Source of the DNA: a virus | Taxonomy: Duplodnaviria > Caudoviricetes | IMG/VR virus record: IMGVR_UViG_3300011008_000004 | Coordinates: 64,001 to 128,000 of that record | Direction: 5' to 3' (one strand) | DNA length: 64,000 nucleotides | Shown here: in pieces, positions 41,488 to 51,126 of the stretch | Layout of the letters: each line of letters starts with the position of its first letter | How positions within the stretch are numbered: position 1 is the first letter of the stretch | Made by a program: the position numbers and the translations under genes | The notes under the pieces: model-generated | What the model saw: only the letters and a program-made list of their open reading frames with translations | The model's database searches: none | What the model was told of the DNA's origin: nothing

Positions 41488-41973
41488 TTATTCAACAGTC
41501 TCTATCTTTTTCATATAGTCAAATATAATCTAATAATCTGACGTTAAAAATACTTTTTTAGCTTCTGATGGCACTTCAAAAACTTTAAACTATTCATCAT
41601 TAACCATTTTTACATTTATAGATTTATAACCAGATTCTTTAAGTCTTTTAACTTCTTCAATAGGAATAAAACACACTTTCTTATGATCTATAAACCATAG
41701 TACAACAAATGCACCGTAGCCTTTAGGTCCAATAGAATGAATCAAATCTTCATACTATCTTAATTTTGCAAAGTTAAAAGTATTTCCTTCTACACTCTTA
41801 CACTCAATAGCCAAACCATATGGGTATTTATATACTAAGTAATCAGCTAATTGCGCAGATGAATGGCCATAACCATTTGTCAAGTCTCTTAATCTATAGA
41901 CGAATATGTCACCTAATCTTAAAAAATCTGCTTTCACCTATTGTTCAAATTCTTTTCCACGATTTGCGGCCAT
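41488..41973 (-). CDS. RecU-like resolvase (4 TAG)
   Basis: MAANRGKEFE, ADYL...IECKS; ends TAA inside terminator hairpin 41473-41503. Confidence 0.8.
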
Positions 41974-42020
41974 TAAAATATTTCCTAACTATTATATAAA
42001 ATTTATATAATAATTTAGCC

Positions 42021-43160
42021 TCAAATCTTATCATCTATAAGAATTTCAGGAATAAGCTGAACTAAACCTTCACCACTATTTATCGCTAAAGCAGGGGTTG
42101 TACCATATGAAACATCTAACGTTTTAGAATTCATAGCTTTTAGTTGTTTCATTAAATCTGAAAATCTAATAATAGATTCATGTTCAAATGCATTTTCACT
42201 CGATATATAAGGAATTCTTTCAAAATTCTTATTCGTTATAGATACGAACTGGACTTCATTCTCCTTAAATACAAGTTTAGAATATAGCATTACTTCTATA
42301 CCAAACTTCTTATCGAAAACCATCAATCTTGCTAATGCTTTATCTACTGCTTTTTTATCTAATATAACATGTGTTACATGAGATACAGATGCTAATTTTC
42401 TTAATCTTATTGATGGATATGTGTCAGTTAATGCTTGACTTTGAATAACTAAAACTAAACTTATATTATTTGCCTTAAATTTAATTTTACTAGCATAATC
42501 ATAATTAGCTGATGAATCAATCATCAACTCAACTTCATCTATACTATTGAATACTTCTAATAGCTTTGCTTGTGTTACATTTAATAATATCTTAAAATCT
42601 TTATTTCCAAGTCTCTTAAATGTATTTACATATAAATTTTCAGTATAAGTTAAAGCACCTTCTTGATCCACATAAATAAATTGCTGAATTTCATTAGAAA
42701 ATACTGAATCTACGAAACCTTTAGTATTTATAGTCGCAACTGAAGACAGATCATTACCACTTAAAATGATATTATCTACTGTGTCTCTAAATTTAATAAC
42801 ATCTACGGATTTTACATCATCTAATTCCTTTATAATTGGAAATGTAAATTCACTGTTAGAAGTTTTAAATATTAAAGCGTTCATTCTCTCAAACATTTCA
42901 ACGTAGTCATCATCTAACTTTGCAACTAATGGGACAAAAGTATCAGATACTATAGTCGCATGAATTTTATCAGAATTATCACACTCAATTGGAATTACTG
43001 CTTCTAAATAATAATCATAGTTAGATACTTTTAATGTCATCGTATTATCTTCAAATGATTCTAATTCTATCCAACCAGACTTAGGATTTAACTTAGTTTT
43101 CTCTATAGCTAAATTCATTTTAGCTACTATATTTTTTAATTCTGTTATGTTAACTTTCAT
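42021..43160 (-). CDS. dnaN: DNA polymerase III beta-like sliding clamp
   Basis: 379 aa, beta-clamp length and pattern, next to polymerase, with clamp loader nearby. Confidence 0.7.
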   Translation of the reverse strand: MKVNITELKNIVAKMNLAIEKTKLNPKSGWIELESFEDNTMTLKVSNYDYYLEAVIPIECDNSDKIHATIVSDTFVPLVAKLDDDYVEMFERMNALIFKTSNSEFTFPIIKELDDVKSVDVIKFRDTVDNIILSGNDLSSVATINTKGFVDSVFSNEIQQFIYVDQEGALTYTENLYVNTFKRLGNKDFKILLNVTQAKLLEVFNSIDEVELMIDSSANYDYASKIKFKANNISLVLVIQSQALTDTYPSIRLRKLASVSHVTHVILDKKAVDKALARLMVFDKKFGIEVMLYSKLVFKENEVQFVSITNKNFERIPYISSENAFEHESIIRFSDLMKQLKAMNSKTLDVSYGTTPALAINSGEGLVQLIPEILIDDKI

Positions 43161-43179
43161 AATTATCTATACAAATTCC

Positions 43180-44055
43180 TTACACTTCGTCTCTTAATAG
43201 ATCATACGTTCCATCACAAAACTTATCTAAAATTTCATCACTAAATTCTTCATGTTCTGCTTTAACTTCTGCTATTGCTTGTTCTCTAGTTTTACCGTCT
43301 TTTTCAATAGCTGTTGAAATATACTCTTGAATTTCATTCAACATTTCATCCGCATACCATCTCTTTAAGATATATGGATCTGTAACAAATGGAACGTCGA
43401 CCTCAGGCTTAGCTGCATTAGACATTAAATAAGCCAATCTTTCAGAAACTTTTTCAGCGTTTTCTACAGGACATTCTCCTAATAATTCATCATGCACAGG
43501 AATTAGTAATTTATAACCAAGATCATTTATTTCTTTATCTTTAAAAATATTAACCATCGCTTTCTTAGTTAAAGATGCTGCACTTCCTTGAATTCTAGCA
43601 TTCGTACATTGTGTCATTGTTTTTGAAATAAATGCGCCATTATCTAAAACGTCAACTCCATTTTCTTTAGCTAATTCTTTAAACTTAGTTTTAGTCTTAA
43701 AACCTTTACCAGCATAGTTAGTATTATATTCATTAGTCCATCTAGCTGTAGCTTCTTTATCTTCAACTTCTAAAAATACATCTTTAGCTTGACAATCTAA
43801 AAACAGATCACAATTAGTACTCACTTTCTTTTTAGCTGTTACTTTAACTTCCGGTAAATTTGCATCAGGTAAGTGTCTACGTCTACCCATATAATCTTCA
43901 ACATAACCTTGTTCTTTAGCAGCTATAGCATTGCCATCTGTAAATTCTTTTATTTTAGGAAACTTTTCATAAAAATTTTTAAGTATTTCTTGGCATTCTT
44001 CATATGAAACCTTTAATTGTTGTGACATAAGATTAGCGCCCATGCCATACATAAT
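43180..44055 (-). CDS. polA: family A DNA polymerase, final exon (motif B end, motif C)
   Basis: IMYGMG, GYVEDYMGRRRHLP, NARIQGSAA, LIPVHDELL. Confidence 0.93.
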   Translation of the reverse strand: MMYGMGANLMSQQLKVSYEECQEILKNFYEKFPKIKEFTDGNAIAAKEQGYVEDYMGRRRHLPDANLPEVKVTAKKKVSTNCDLFLDCQAKDVFLEVEDKEATARWTNEYNTNYAGKGFKTKTKFKELAKENGVDVLDNGAFISKTMTQCTNARIQGSAASLTKKAMVNIFKDKEINDLGYKLLIPVHDELLGECPVENAEKVSERLAYLMSNAAKPEVDVPFVTDPYILKRWYADEMLNEIQEYISTAIEKDGKTREQAIAEVKAEHEEFSDEILDKFCDGTYDLLRDEV

Positions 44056-45245
44056 CGTTTTATTTTAATATTTCTATTAAACCAGACTATCTCATAATCC
44101 TATATTTAGGATTTTACGCACTTCGATTAGTAACAATCTCTAATCTACACACATGTCTGTGTTAGTCGTTACACTTTATCTATGAATTTCCACTTAAAAC
44201 CATAAGCGTGTTTTGCTTTACCTTTACACACAGCTGATATAGCTTTAGCTGATGCTAAGCTAACAGCTATCTTATGTTCAACCAAATATTTAGAAGCCTA
44301 TGTCATAGATTTAAATGTCATTAAAATCTAATTATTTGATCTATCAATCATTGCAACTGATTTACTATTCTTATCTGAAATAATATCTCTAGTATGCTAA
44401 GAATGATGTTTATTAAAGAATGAATTGCGTTCACCCACACGTTGTGAAGCTAATATGCTTAACTTTTCATTCTTTACGCCACTATTCAATCTAGATCTAG
44501 ATCTATTAGTACACTTCTTTAATCCCTTATTAGGCGAAATTCTTCCTTTCAATTTGTTAGATATTTCTAAATTAGATTCATACTAATGATCTAAATTAGC
44601 CTAAAATTGTTTACTACATTCATATGCTTTCTAATATAATTCTAAATCAATATCATCTATATTAAAATCTTGTAAAGACTTACCATGTAATATATAGCGT
44701 ATAGATAAAATATTTTTAGATATATCATCATTAGATTTACTACATAATGCTAAAAAATAATGTGATTTTATATGATCTTTATATAATAAATTCACTAAAT
44801 TATTTTCAGAATTGTCTACATCTAAATTATTAGATATGAAATAATATTTGGGAATTATGTGATGCTAGTTATGTCTATAAGATTCATAATTAGTATCAAT
44901 GTTACTAATAATTAAATTTACATATTCATTTAAGTATTCATTATCAATAAATATATTAGTTTGCAATAATTTGTGTTTTAAGATATCAAAATTTATGTTA
45001 TTCATACACTCTCCTGTATAATTTAGCTAGGTATTGTGTATGTTAACATACATAAATCTTAGCACGGTATTATCTGCTATCCAATCGCTGGACCGTAGAA
45101 TCTCTTACGAAGCTTATTCGCACAAAGTCTTAGTTCACTTCTACCGTTAGCAACTATCACTAGTTACACCTCTTTGTAATCAGAGTTCACGTAATTATTC
45201 GATACACATCACTGTGTAAAGGGGCATTATATAACCTTTCAGTCT
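44056..45245 (-). ncRNA. group I intron in polymerase motif B
   Basis: 5' exon ends GGU, intron ends G; IGS AUAAUGCCC pairs with both exons; R-like GUGUAACGACUA and S-like GAUAGUCU; splicing restores KTLMLG-IMYGMG. Confidence 0.9.
44169..45005 (-). CDS. intron-encoded HNH homing endonuclease with NUMOD3/NUMOD1 (7 TAG)
   Basis: QHHIIP...DNSENNLVNL...H...H; GERNSFFNKHHS; HAYGFKWKF; AGGAG SD; own GCTAAATTA motif. Confidence 0.88.
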
Positions 45246-45511
45246 ACCCAACATTAAAGTTTTACCCTTTTTTCTTAATTGTTTTCCTGCAAAGTTAGGA
45301 GAACCATCTTCCCAATGTTCCATACATTCCCAATAATCTTTATGGACTGCTGGTGCATATATAGTTGCATATGGGTCACGTTTCTCTTCAAATGTTCTTC
45401 TCAATTCTGGATCTTGAGAAAGATGAGTGAATAACCGTGGTTCTTGCGCTGACTTCAGGAAAAGTCTCCTCCCACAATTGAATAATTAATTCGTGTTCTT
45501 AGACTTCTCAT
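45246..45511 (-). CDS. polA: family A DNA polymerase, second cistron first exon (motif A interrupted by 8-nt insert at ~45450-45457)
   Basis: Strong SD AAAGGAGGTGA; MRSLRTRINYSIVGGDFS-TGA-AG-SAQEPRLFTHLSQD...RKKGKTLMLG. Confidence 0.85.
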
Positions 45512-45632
45512 TAGCATCACCTCCTTTAGTACCCTCTTGGCACCATCTAATATTTTAATATCTACAAAATGAATACTCACTTTATAGGTAATTCTACTAA
45601 ATTGTATATATTTTCTTATCTTTCTTTAAATT

Positions 45633-45794
45633 TTATACCTTTTGTTTATACGTAAGCAAAGCTTTTACAGATTCTTCATTATATCTATATTTACCATTTA
45701 TATTAGAATCTATTTTTATCAAACCTTGTTTTACATACTTATACAATGTAGGCTTGCTTATCTTCAACAAATTCATCACTTCTTTTGCTTTCAT
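45633..45794 (-). CDS. 53 aa MerR/HTH_17-type DNA-binding protein (like the IS607 TnpA N-terminus)
   Basis: MKAKEVMNLLKISKPTLYKYVKQGLI; ATG overlaps the polA-N TGA. Confidence 0.75.
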   Translation of the reverse strand: MKAKEVMNLLKISKPTLYKYVKQGLIKIDSNINGKYRYNEESVKALLTYKQKV

Positions 45795-47347
45795 GCTACG
45801 TCCTCTAAGGTTAATTTTATTTTATTTTCTAAAACTTCTACTTTAGTTACCTTATAAAACTCATCATCACTTCCAGTGATAATATCATTTTCTTTTATAT
45901 CTTTTATTCTAACCCATTTATTGTTACACATTACATCTACATAATCATTTAAAATTATTTCATTAGAATCTTCTATATTCTCATCTTTATATTCCGTAGA
46001 TGCTTTAAACATCATTCTCATTGAAGTTTCATGTGAAGGAATCTGTTGTAGATTTGGATTAGTTGAACTAAATCTCCCTGTTCTTACGTTATTATCTTCT
46101 GCACCCATTTGATTAAAGTTAGCATGAAGTTTGCCATCTTTTTCAGAAATACAATTTGGAAGAGATTTAGTAAATGTTTTCATTAAAATACTAAAGTGTC
46201 TATAATCTAATAACGCTTTTGTAAATGGGTGATCTATCGCTTTTAACGCTGCTTTATCAGTAGACTTATTTTCATCTAATGGTTTTATCTTTAATATATC
46301 ATATAAAACTATTTTAAGTTGAACTGGACTTTCATAATTTATTGGATCATCTAATTGTCCTAATGATCTATAACTATCTAACTCTTTCTTATATGGGGCT
46401 AATATTTCATTCATCTTATTAGATGCTTTTTCTAAACCTTTAGTATACTTATCATCTAAACGTTTAACATAATCTACGTCAAGACAAATTCCATCATCTT
46501 CCATTTTAGATGTTACTAAAACTATTGGGACTTCTACTTCACTAAATAACTTGTATAATTTTTCACAGCCCTTCTGCTTAAATAACTCTTCTTGATATTG
46601 TTGTAATTTATAAGTATCAAAAGCATCAATAGCTGCATATAATGCAAATATTTCAGGATCGACCCAAGCATAAGGTAAACCAGTAAATAATTTTTCAATA
46701 TTGTATGAACCAATTGTAGGATCTATATGGGTTTTATATTGAAACTTCAATTTAGCTTGTTCATTTTCATTCATCATTTGAGCTGCTATCATTGTGTCCC
46801 ACCATATTGGAAGATATACACCCATAGTGTTAAAACAAACTCGTATATCAAATTTCCCATTATGATATATCATTTTAGTATTATTATCTTTTAATTTTTG
46901 AAATACTTCCTTTACGCACTCATCTGATACTTGATCTTTTAATCTTTCGTCTGTTCCAGGAACACAGTGATTCATTGGAACATATACTGGTTTTGTATTT
47001 GGAAGATACATACACAAACCCATTAACTTACAAGTTAGTGGATCCAAACTATTATTAGTTTCTGTATCGAATGACAAATAATCTACTGCAATGGCTCTAT
47101 CTATATACTCTCGTAATTCATCATCAGTCCTTATAACCTTAACAAAGTTTTTATATCTTCCTAAAATTTTATAAACTTCTTTTGAGATATAATCGAGTCT
47201 ATCTTCTAGTGGCATACTAGAGATAGACTCTTTCTTTTTAACAGCATGAGTTTTGCCAAGTTTTATAAGTTGAAGACGAATAGCGTCATTATTTATAACA
47301 GGAACTTCAAAATCATCTAGCAATGAAGCTTTTCTAAATTCCGCCAT
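45791..47347 (-). CDS. polA: family A DNA polymerase, first cistron (3'-5' exonuclease, thumb, start of palm) with Hint-like tail
   Basis: FDTET, HNGKFD, YAAID, RTGRFSSTNPNLQQIP, RMMFKAS then ~68 aa KWVRIKDIKENDII tail and TGA. Confidence 0.93.
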   Translation of the reverse strand: MAEFRKASLLDDFEVPVINNDAIRLQLIKLGKTHAVKKKESISSMPLEDRLDYISKEVYKILGRYKNFVKVIRTDDELREYIDRAIAVDYLSFDTETNNSLDPLTCKLMGLCMYLPNTKPVYVPMNHCVPGTDERLKDQVSDECVKEVFQKLKDNNTKMIYHNGKFDIRVCFNTMGVYLPIWWDTMIAAQMMNENEQAKLKFQYKTHIDPTIGSYNIEKLFTGLPYAWVDPEIFALYAAIDAFDTYKLQQYQEELFKQKGCEKLYKLFSEVEVPIVLVTSKMEDDGICLDVDYVKRLDDKYTKGLEKASNKMNEILAPYKKELDSYRSLGQLDDPINYESPVQLKIVLYDILKIKPLDENKSTDKAALKAIDHPFTKALLDYRHFSILMKTFTKSLPNCISEKDGKLHANFNQMGAEDNNVRTGRFSSTNPNLQQIPSHETSMRMMFKASTEYKDENIEDSNEIILNDYVDVMCNNKWVRIKDIKENDIITGSDDEFYKVTKVEVLENKIKLTLEDVA

Positions 47348-47365
47348 ATTGTCTCCTTATATCTA

Positions 47366-48076
47366 TTAAACTTTTCTTGGTTTTATACAAGCATCCATAA
47401 ATGGATCGTCATCATCTACTATTGTAGATTTAACTTCTTCTTTTGGTTGCTCTTCTTGTTTAATAGTTTCTACAAAATCAGAATGACTCGTATTAGCTTT
47501 TACATCATCTTTATTAGATTCTTTTTCAGCCTGTTTCTTTTTTAAGTATTCTTCTTTAGGAATGTAGTTTGAAACATGCTTTGGCATTTCACCAGTCTTT
47601 AAAAACTGTTTAAGCTCATCTACACTTCTTGTAAGATAGAATCTATAAGCTAACTTGTTGTCTATTAAAGATTCGTCTACAGGTGCATAATTTTTAGCAT
47701 TCAAGATATCAACACTATACTTAGGAAACTCTTTACCTTTACGTGTAATTCTAACAACACATTCACTAATATTTCCCCAATCTTTTTCAATTTCTGAAAA
47801 TTGAGTAAGAATCTTATCAGTTCTACACCAAATCTTTTCTTTCTCATCAGCATAATCAAAAAGATGTACGAATATCTTTTTAGCGGGTTGTTTCTCATCA
47901 CTACATATGGGACATCCATCACCTGCACACTTAACCATTTTAGGTTTGCCATTAACTTCTACTTTATGAATCATTACTGATTCAATTGTTTCAACTTTAC
48001 TATGTAATACTCTTACAATAGCTGAATCACCATCGTTGTTTAAGTTGAAAAATTCAATTTGTCTATTCTCTTCCAT
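47366..48076 (-). CDS. phage SSB (gp32-like)
   Basis: FFNLNNDGDSAIVR, C-X4-CPIC, acidic DDDDPF near C-terminus. Confidence 0.72.
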   Translation of the reverse strand: MEENRQIEFFNLNNDGDSAIVRVLHSKVETIESVMIHKVEVNGKPKMVKCAGDGCPICSDEKQPAKKIFVHLFDYADEKEKIWCRTDKILTQFSEIEKDWGNISECVVRITRKGKEFPKYSVDILNAKNYAPVDESLIDNKLAYRFYLTRSVDELKQFLKTGEMPKHVSNYIPKEEYLKKKQAEKESNKDDVKANTSHSDFVETIKQEEQPKEEVKSTIVDDDDPFMDACIKPRKV

Positions 48077-48129
48077 AAATCTCCCTGTGACCTTATGTAT
48101 GTGTCACTCATAATAATATATAAAATCGC

Positions 48130-49107
48130 TTACATGATTTCTCTTTCAGAATAAATTTTTTCAAACTCATGCTGTTCAAGATCATTTATATCCTTTCCTT
48201 TAGGTACTCTCATACAAGTAACGATTTTTCCATGTAAATTTTTCGCTATGTTATATAAACCATGTCTTCCGGCAGTATCATTATCTAAAGCTAAAATTAT
48301 CTCTCTTTGTGGTAACTTATCTAATAATTCTATTTGATAGTCGCTACCAGTACCAAATAATGCTATCGCTTCTTTCCCATATACATAACATGTTAATGCA
48401 TTTATAACACTTTCACAAACTATAACTTCATTAGTTGTTAAATAATCTAAACCATAAATTGGTTTTGGATATATTTCTGGCATATCGAATCTTTTATAGT
48501 TTACATTTCTTCTTGCCACAAATAAACATTTGCCATCTACCCAAACTGGAAATGTTAAAGATTTAGTTTTTGGATCATAACCTACATCGAATTTATTTAT
48601 AATATCATCTGTAAGTTTACGTTTAAACATATATGGGTGTATAAAATCATATGACTTTAATTCATCCAATGTTACAGTAGGTAATGTATTATAATTATTC
48701 TCATATTTTTCATGTTTTTCTAAATCTGTTATTTCTCGCTTTTCTTCTATGAAATCATAATTAGATACATTCAATATCCACTCAGTCGCATCTCTATATG
48801 ATATATTTAAACAATCTGATACAAATTTAACAAAACCTGCTTTATATCCACATGCAAAACAATGAACTGTCCCTGCCGGAATCGCTTCTCCATTTCTAAT
48901 TTTATCTATCAATAAAATATCACAAGATGGCGTGTTTTCGTGGCCATCTGCGTGTATTGGACAAGTTATTCTCGCATTGTTATTATTAGAATAATCTATA
49001 ATATTTAGTTTATCAATATGAGACACGTACAACTGTTGTCTTAACATTTCCAATAAATCTCTTATAGGTGTTTGTATCTCTTTATTGTTATCAACTATTA
49101 ATGGCAT
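48130..49107 (-). CDS. dnaG: DNA primase
   Basis: CPIH..HENTPS, HCFAC zinc finger; CESVIN TOPRIM, ALDNDTAG. Confidence 0.9.
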   Translation of the reverse strand: MPLIVDNNKEIQTPIRDLLEMLRQQLYVSHIDKLNIIDYSNNNNARITCPIHADGHENTPSCDILLIDKIRNGEAIPAGTVHCFACGYKAGFVKFVSDCLNISYRDATEWILNVSNYDFIEEKREITDLEKHEKYENNYNTLPTVTLDELKSYDFIHPYMFKRKLTDDIINKFDVGYDPKTKSLTFPVWVDGKCLFVARRNVNYKRFDMPEIYPKPIYGLDYLTTNEVIVCESVINALTCYVYGKEAIALFGTGSDYQIELLDKLPQREIILALDNDTAGRHGLYNIAKNLHGKIVTCMRVPKGKDINDLEQHEFEKIYSEREIM

Positions 49108-49116
49108 ATAACCTCA

Positions 49117-50424
49117 TCAAAATACTGAATCTGATTTTTGAGTATCATTATATTGTTGCGGCAGTGTCTGTGAAGCTGCACCTTTTAATGCGTCTGTTTC
49201 ACTTGGAATATAATGTAAAATACCATTATTCAAATCACAGTAATACGTTAATTTATCTCCAGAACGTGAACCTCTACTCTTACCTAATGTTAAAATATAA
49301 TTATCACCTTTTCTTTCAACAAATAAAACAATTGTAGAATCTTGGCCTATTCTATCACTTTCTGAAATGTTCTTTGTAGATGGCCCACCACTTTCTGTAG
49401 TATCTTCACGATTCAATTGAACTGCTGATAAAATTGGAATTTTCTTCAATCTTTGTAAAGTTCTTAAATCTTTAGAAATATTTATCATCTGTTCTCTTGG
49501 ATTTTTTGCATGCTTTTCATCATTTAATAATGAAAATTGGTCTACACACAGCATTTCTAAATCATACTTCTCTATAAAAGCTCTAAGTTTACTTACAGTT
49601 ACATTACCATCAAACATATCAGGTGTTATACAATAGATATGTCCTGAAACTACTTTATTTAATGACTCAATATATGATTCATATTTATCTTTTATATATT
49701 CATTTCCGTGATTTAATGCACCATTTGGAATATTTCCTAAAAATGTGTCCATACGATAACCAACTAAATCAACTTCCATCTCGCCAGAATAATAACCAAC
49801 TCTTAAACCTTGTTTAGCTGCTTGCAATGCGAAATATATTAACCACCAAGATTTACCTATACCCGTTCTTGCAGCTATAACAGCTGATTCATTCTTTCTA
49901 TCCCAACCGCCAATTATCTGATCTAATTCAGTTAAACCTGTTAAAGTAAATGAACCAACTGGATCTGCACATCTCTCTTCAAAACTTTCATATCTAAGTT
50001 TTGCATCGTCTATTAAATCTATTGCTTTTGTATTTTTAGATTTTAAGTGACTTTGACTTAATGTAGCCATCTTTTCAATAGCTTTGTCAGTTTGTTCATT
50101 TTTAATTAGTTCACCTAATTCTTTATACTCAACAATAATATCTCTGTATAACTTCGCTTCACTTAACTTAGATAATAAATAATCATCTGGATCAGTTATA
50201 GTTATCCATTCAAAATTATCACTAAACTTTCCTTGAAAAGTTTCTTTTGAAGGCATTTGATTATAACTTTGATAATACTGAGATATAAATTCAAAATGAT
50301 CTTTATATGTAGTGAAATAATCAGATGTTATTCCATTTAATATTATAAATTGCATCGAGTTATCTTGAAATAATTTATTGATAACTTGCAACTCAGTCAT
50401 TGCTTGATAAACACCATTTGCCAT
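49117..50424 (-). CDS. dnaB: replicative DnaB-like helicase
   Basis: ARTGIGKS, SGEM, VDQ, QLNR, SDRIGQD. Confidence 0.92.
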   Translation of the reverse strand: MANGVYQAMTELQVINKLFQDNSMQFIILNGITSDYFTTYKDHFEFISQYYQSYNQMPSKETFQGKFSDNFEWITITDPDDYLLSKLSEAKLYRDIIVEYKELGELIKNEQTDKAIEKMATLSQSHLKSKNTKAIDLIDDAKLRYESFEERCADPVGSFTLTGLTELDQIIGGWDRKNESAVIAARTGIGKSWWLIYFALQAAKQGLRVGYYSGEMEVDLVGYRMDTFLGNIPNGALNHGNEYIKDKYESYIESLNKVVSGHIYCITPDMFDGNVTVSKLRAFIEKYDLEMLCVDQFSLLNDEKHAKNPREQMINISKDLRTLQRLKKIPILSAVQLNREDTTESGGPSTKNISESDRIGQDSTIVLFVERKGDNYILTLGKSRGSRSGDKLTYYCDLNNGILHYIPSETDALKGAASQTLPQQYNDTQKSDSVF

Positions 50425-50427
50425 AAA

Positions 50428-51126
50428 TTACACACCTTCTGCATTACGTTTATCAGAACCTTTAAACTCAATTGTAATTGACTGTCCTATAATTCTACTA
50501 CTTAATCTAGTTCCAAGTTTCTGTTCTATCGTTTGTAAATTATAATTAGTTGAATACATTGTAGATTTACCTATAGCTAATCTTTGACTTATAACATTCA
50601 ACATATAATCTTGTTCAAATGGAGTCCAATCTTTATAGTTTATTTCATCAAATATAACTAAATCTGCACTTATAATATTTTCATCAACATATTTAAAATA
50701 TGCATTTTCTTTAGAAATATTTGCTTTCATTGCACTAATAAATTTAGGCATAGACACAAATAAGCCTCTACATTCAATATCTGTAAAAGGCCAAATACTA
50801 TCAAAATAAGCTAATAACTCTTTCTTAAGCCATTCAGTTTTACCATTACCAGTATTTTCACTATAAATAAGTAAATTTTTACCTGACTCTACGAAATTCT
50901 TTATATCACTTTTAATATTCTTTAATTTTGTAAACGCTTCATAATCAACTGCATCAGGCTTCAAAGGAATTGGATATTTTTGCTTTCCTTCTAAAGTTGC
51001 CATATGCGTTAAAGCGTCTATTTTATAATGTCTAATGCAAAATTCATTGCCACATTTACTATGATCACAAATTGCTTTATACCAACATTGTTCTTTAGTA
51101 TTTATATCATATTCAAAATCTTTCAT
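50428..51126 (-). CDS. DnaC/IstB-like helicase loader
   Basis: NTGNGKT, LVIFDEI, YSTN, RLSSRI. Confidence 0.85.
   Translation of the reverse strand: MKDFEYDINTKEQCWYKAICDHSKCGNEFCIRHYKIDALTHMATLEGKQKYPIPLKPDAVDYEAFTKLKNIKSDIKNFVESGKNLLIYSENTGNGKTEWLKKELLAYFDSIWPFTDIECRGLFVSMPKFISAMKANISKENAYFKYVDENIISADLVIFDEINYKDWTPFEQDYMLNVISQRLAIGKSTMYSTNYNLQTIEQKLGTRLSSRIIGQSITIEFKGSDKRNAEGV

Noticed and set aside
45450-45458. CTGAAGTCA shared between the polA insert and the IS left-end hairpin (~8753-8761)
   Set aside because: A 9-nt match with no supporting flanks; likely chance
45450-45460. prfB-type +1 frameshift or UGA read-through in polA motif A
   Set aside because: The downstream polymerase sequence is in the +2/-1 frame; neither +1 nor read-through reaches it
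45791-46002. PolA-N tail as a functional split intein
   Set aside because: No block A or TxxH, and the partner has Asn-Tyr rather than Asn-Cys/Ser/Thr; kept only as a non-splicing remnant hypothesis
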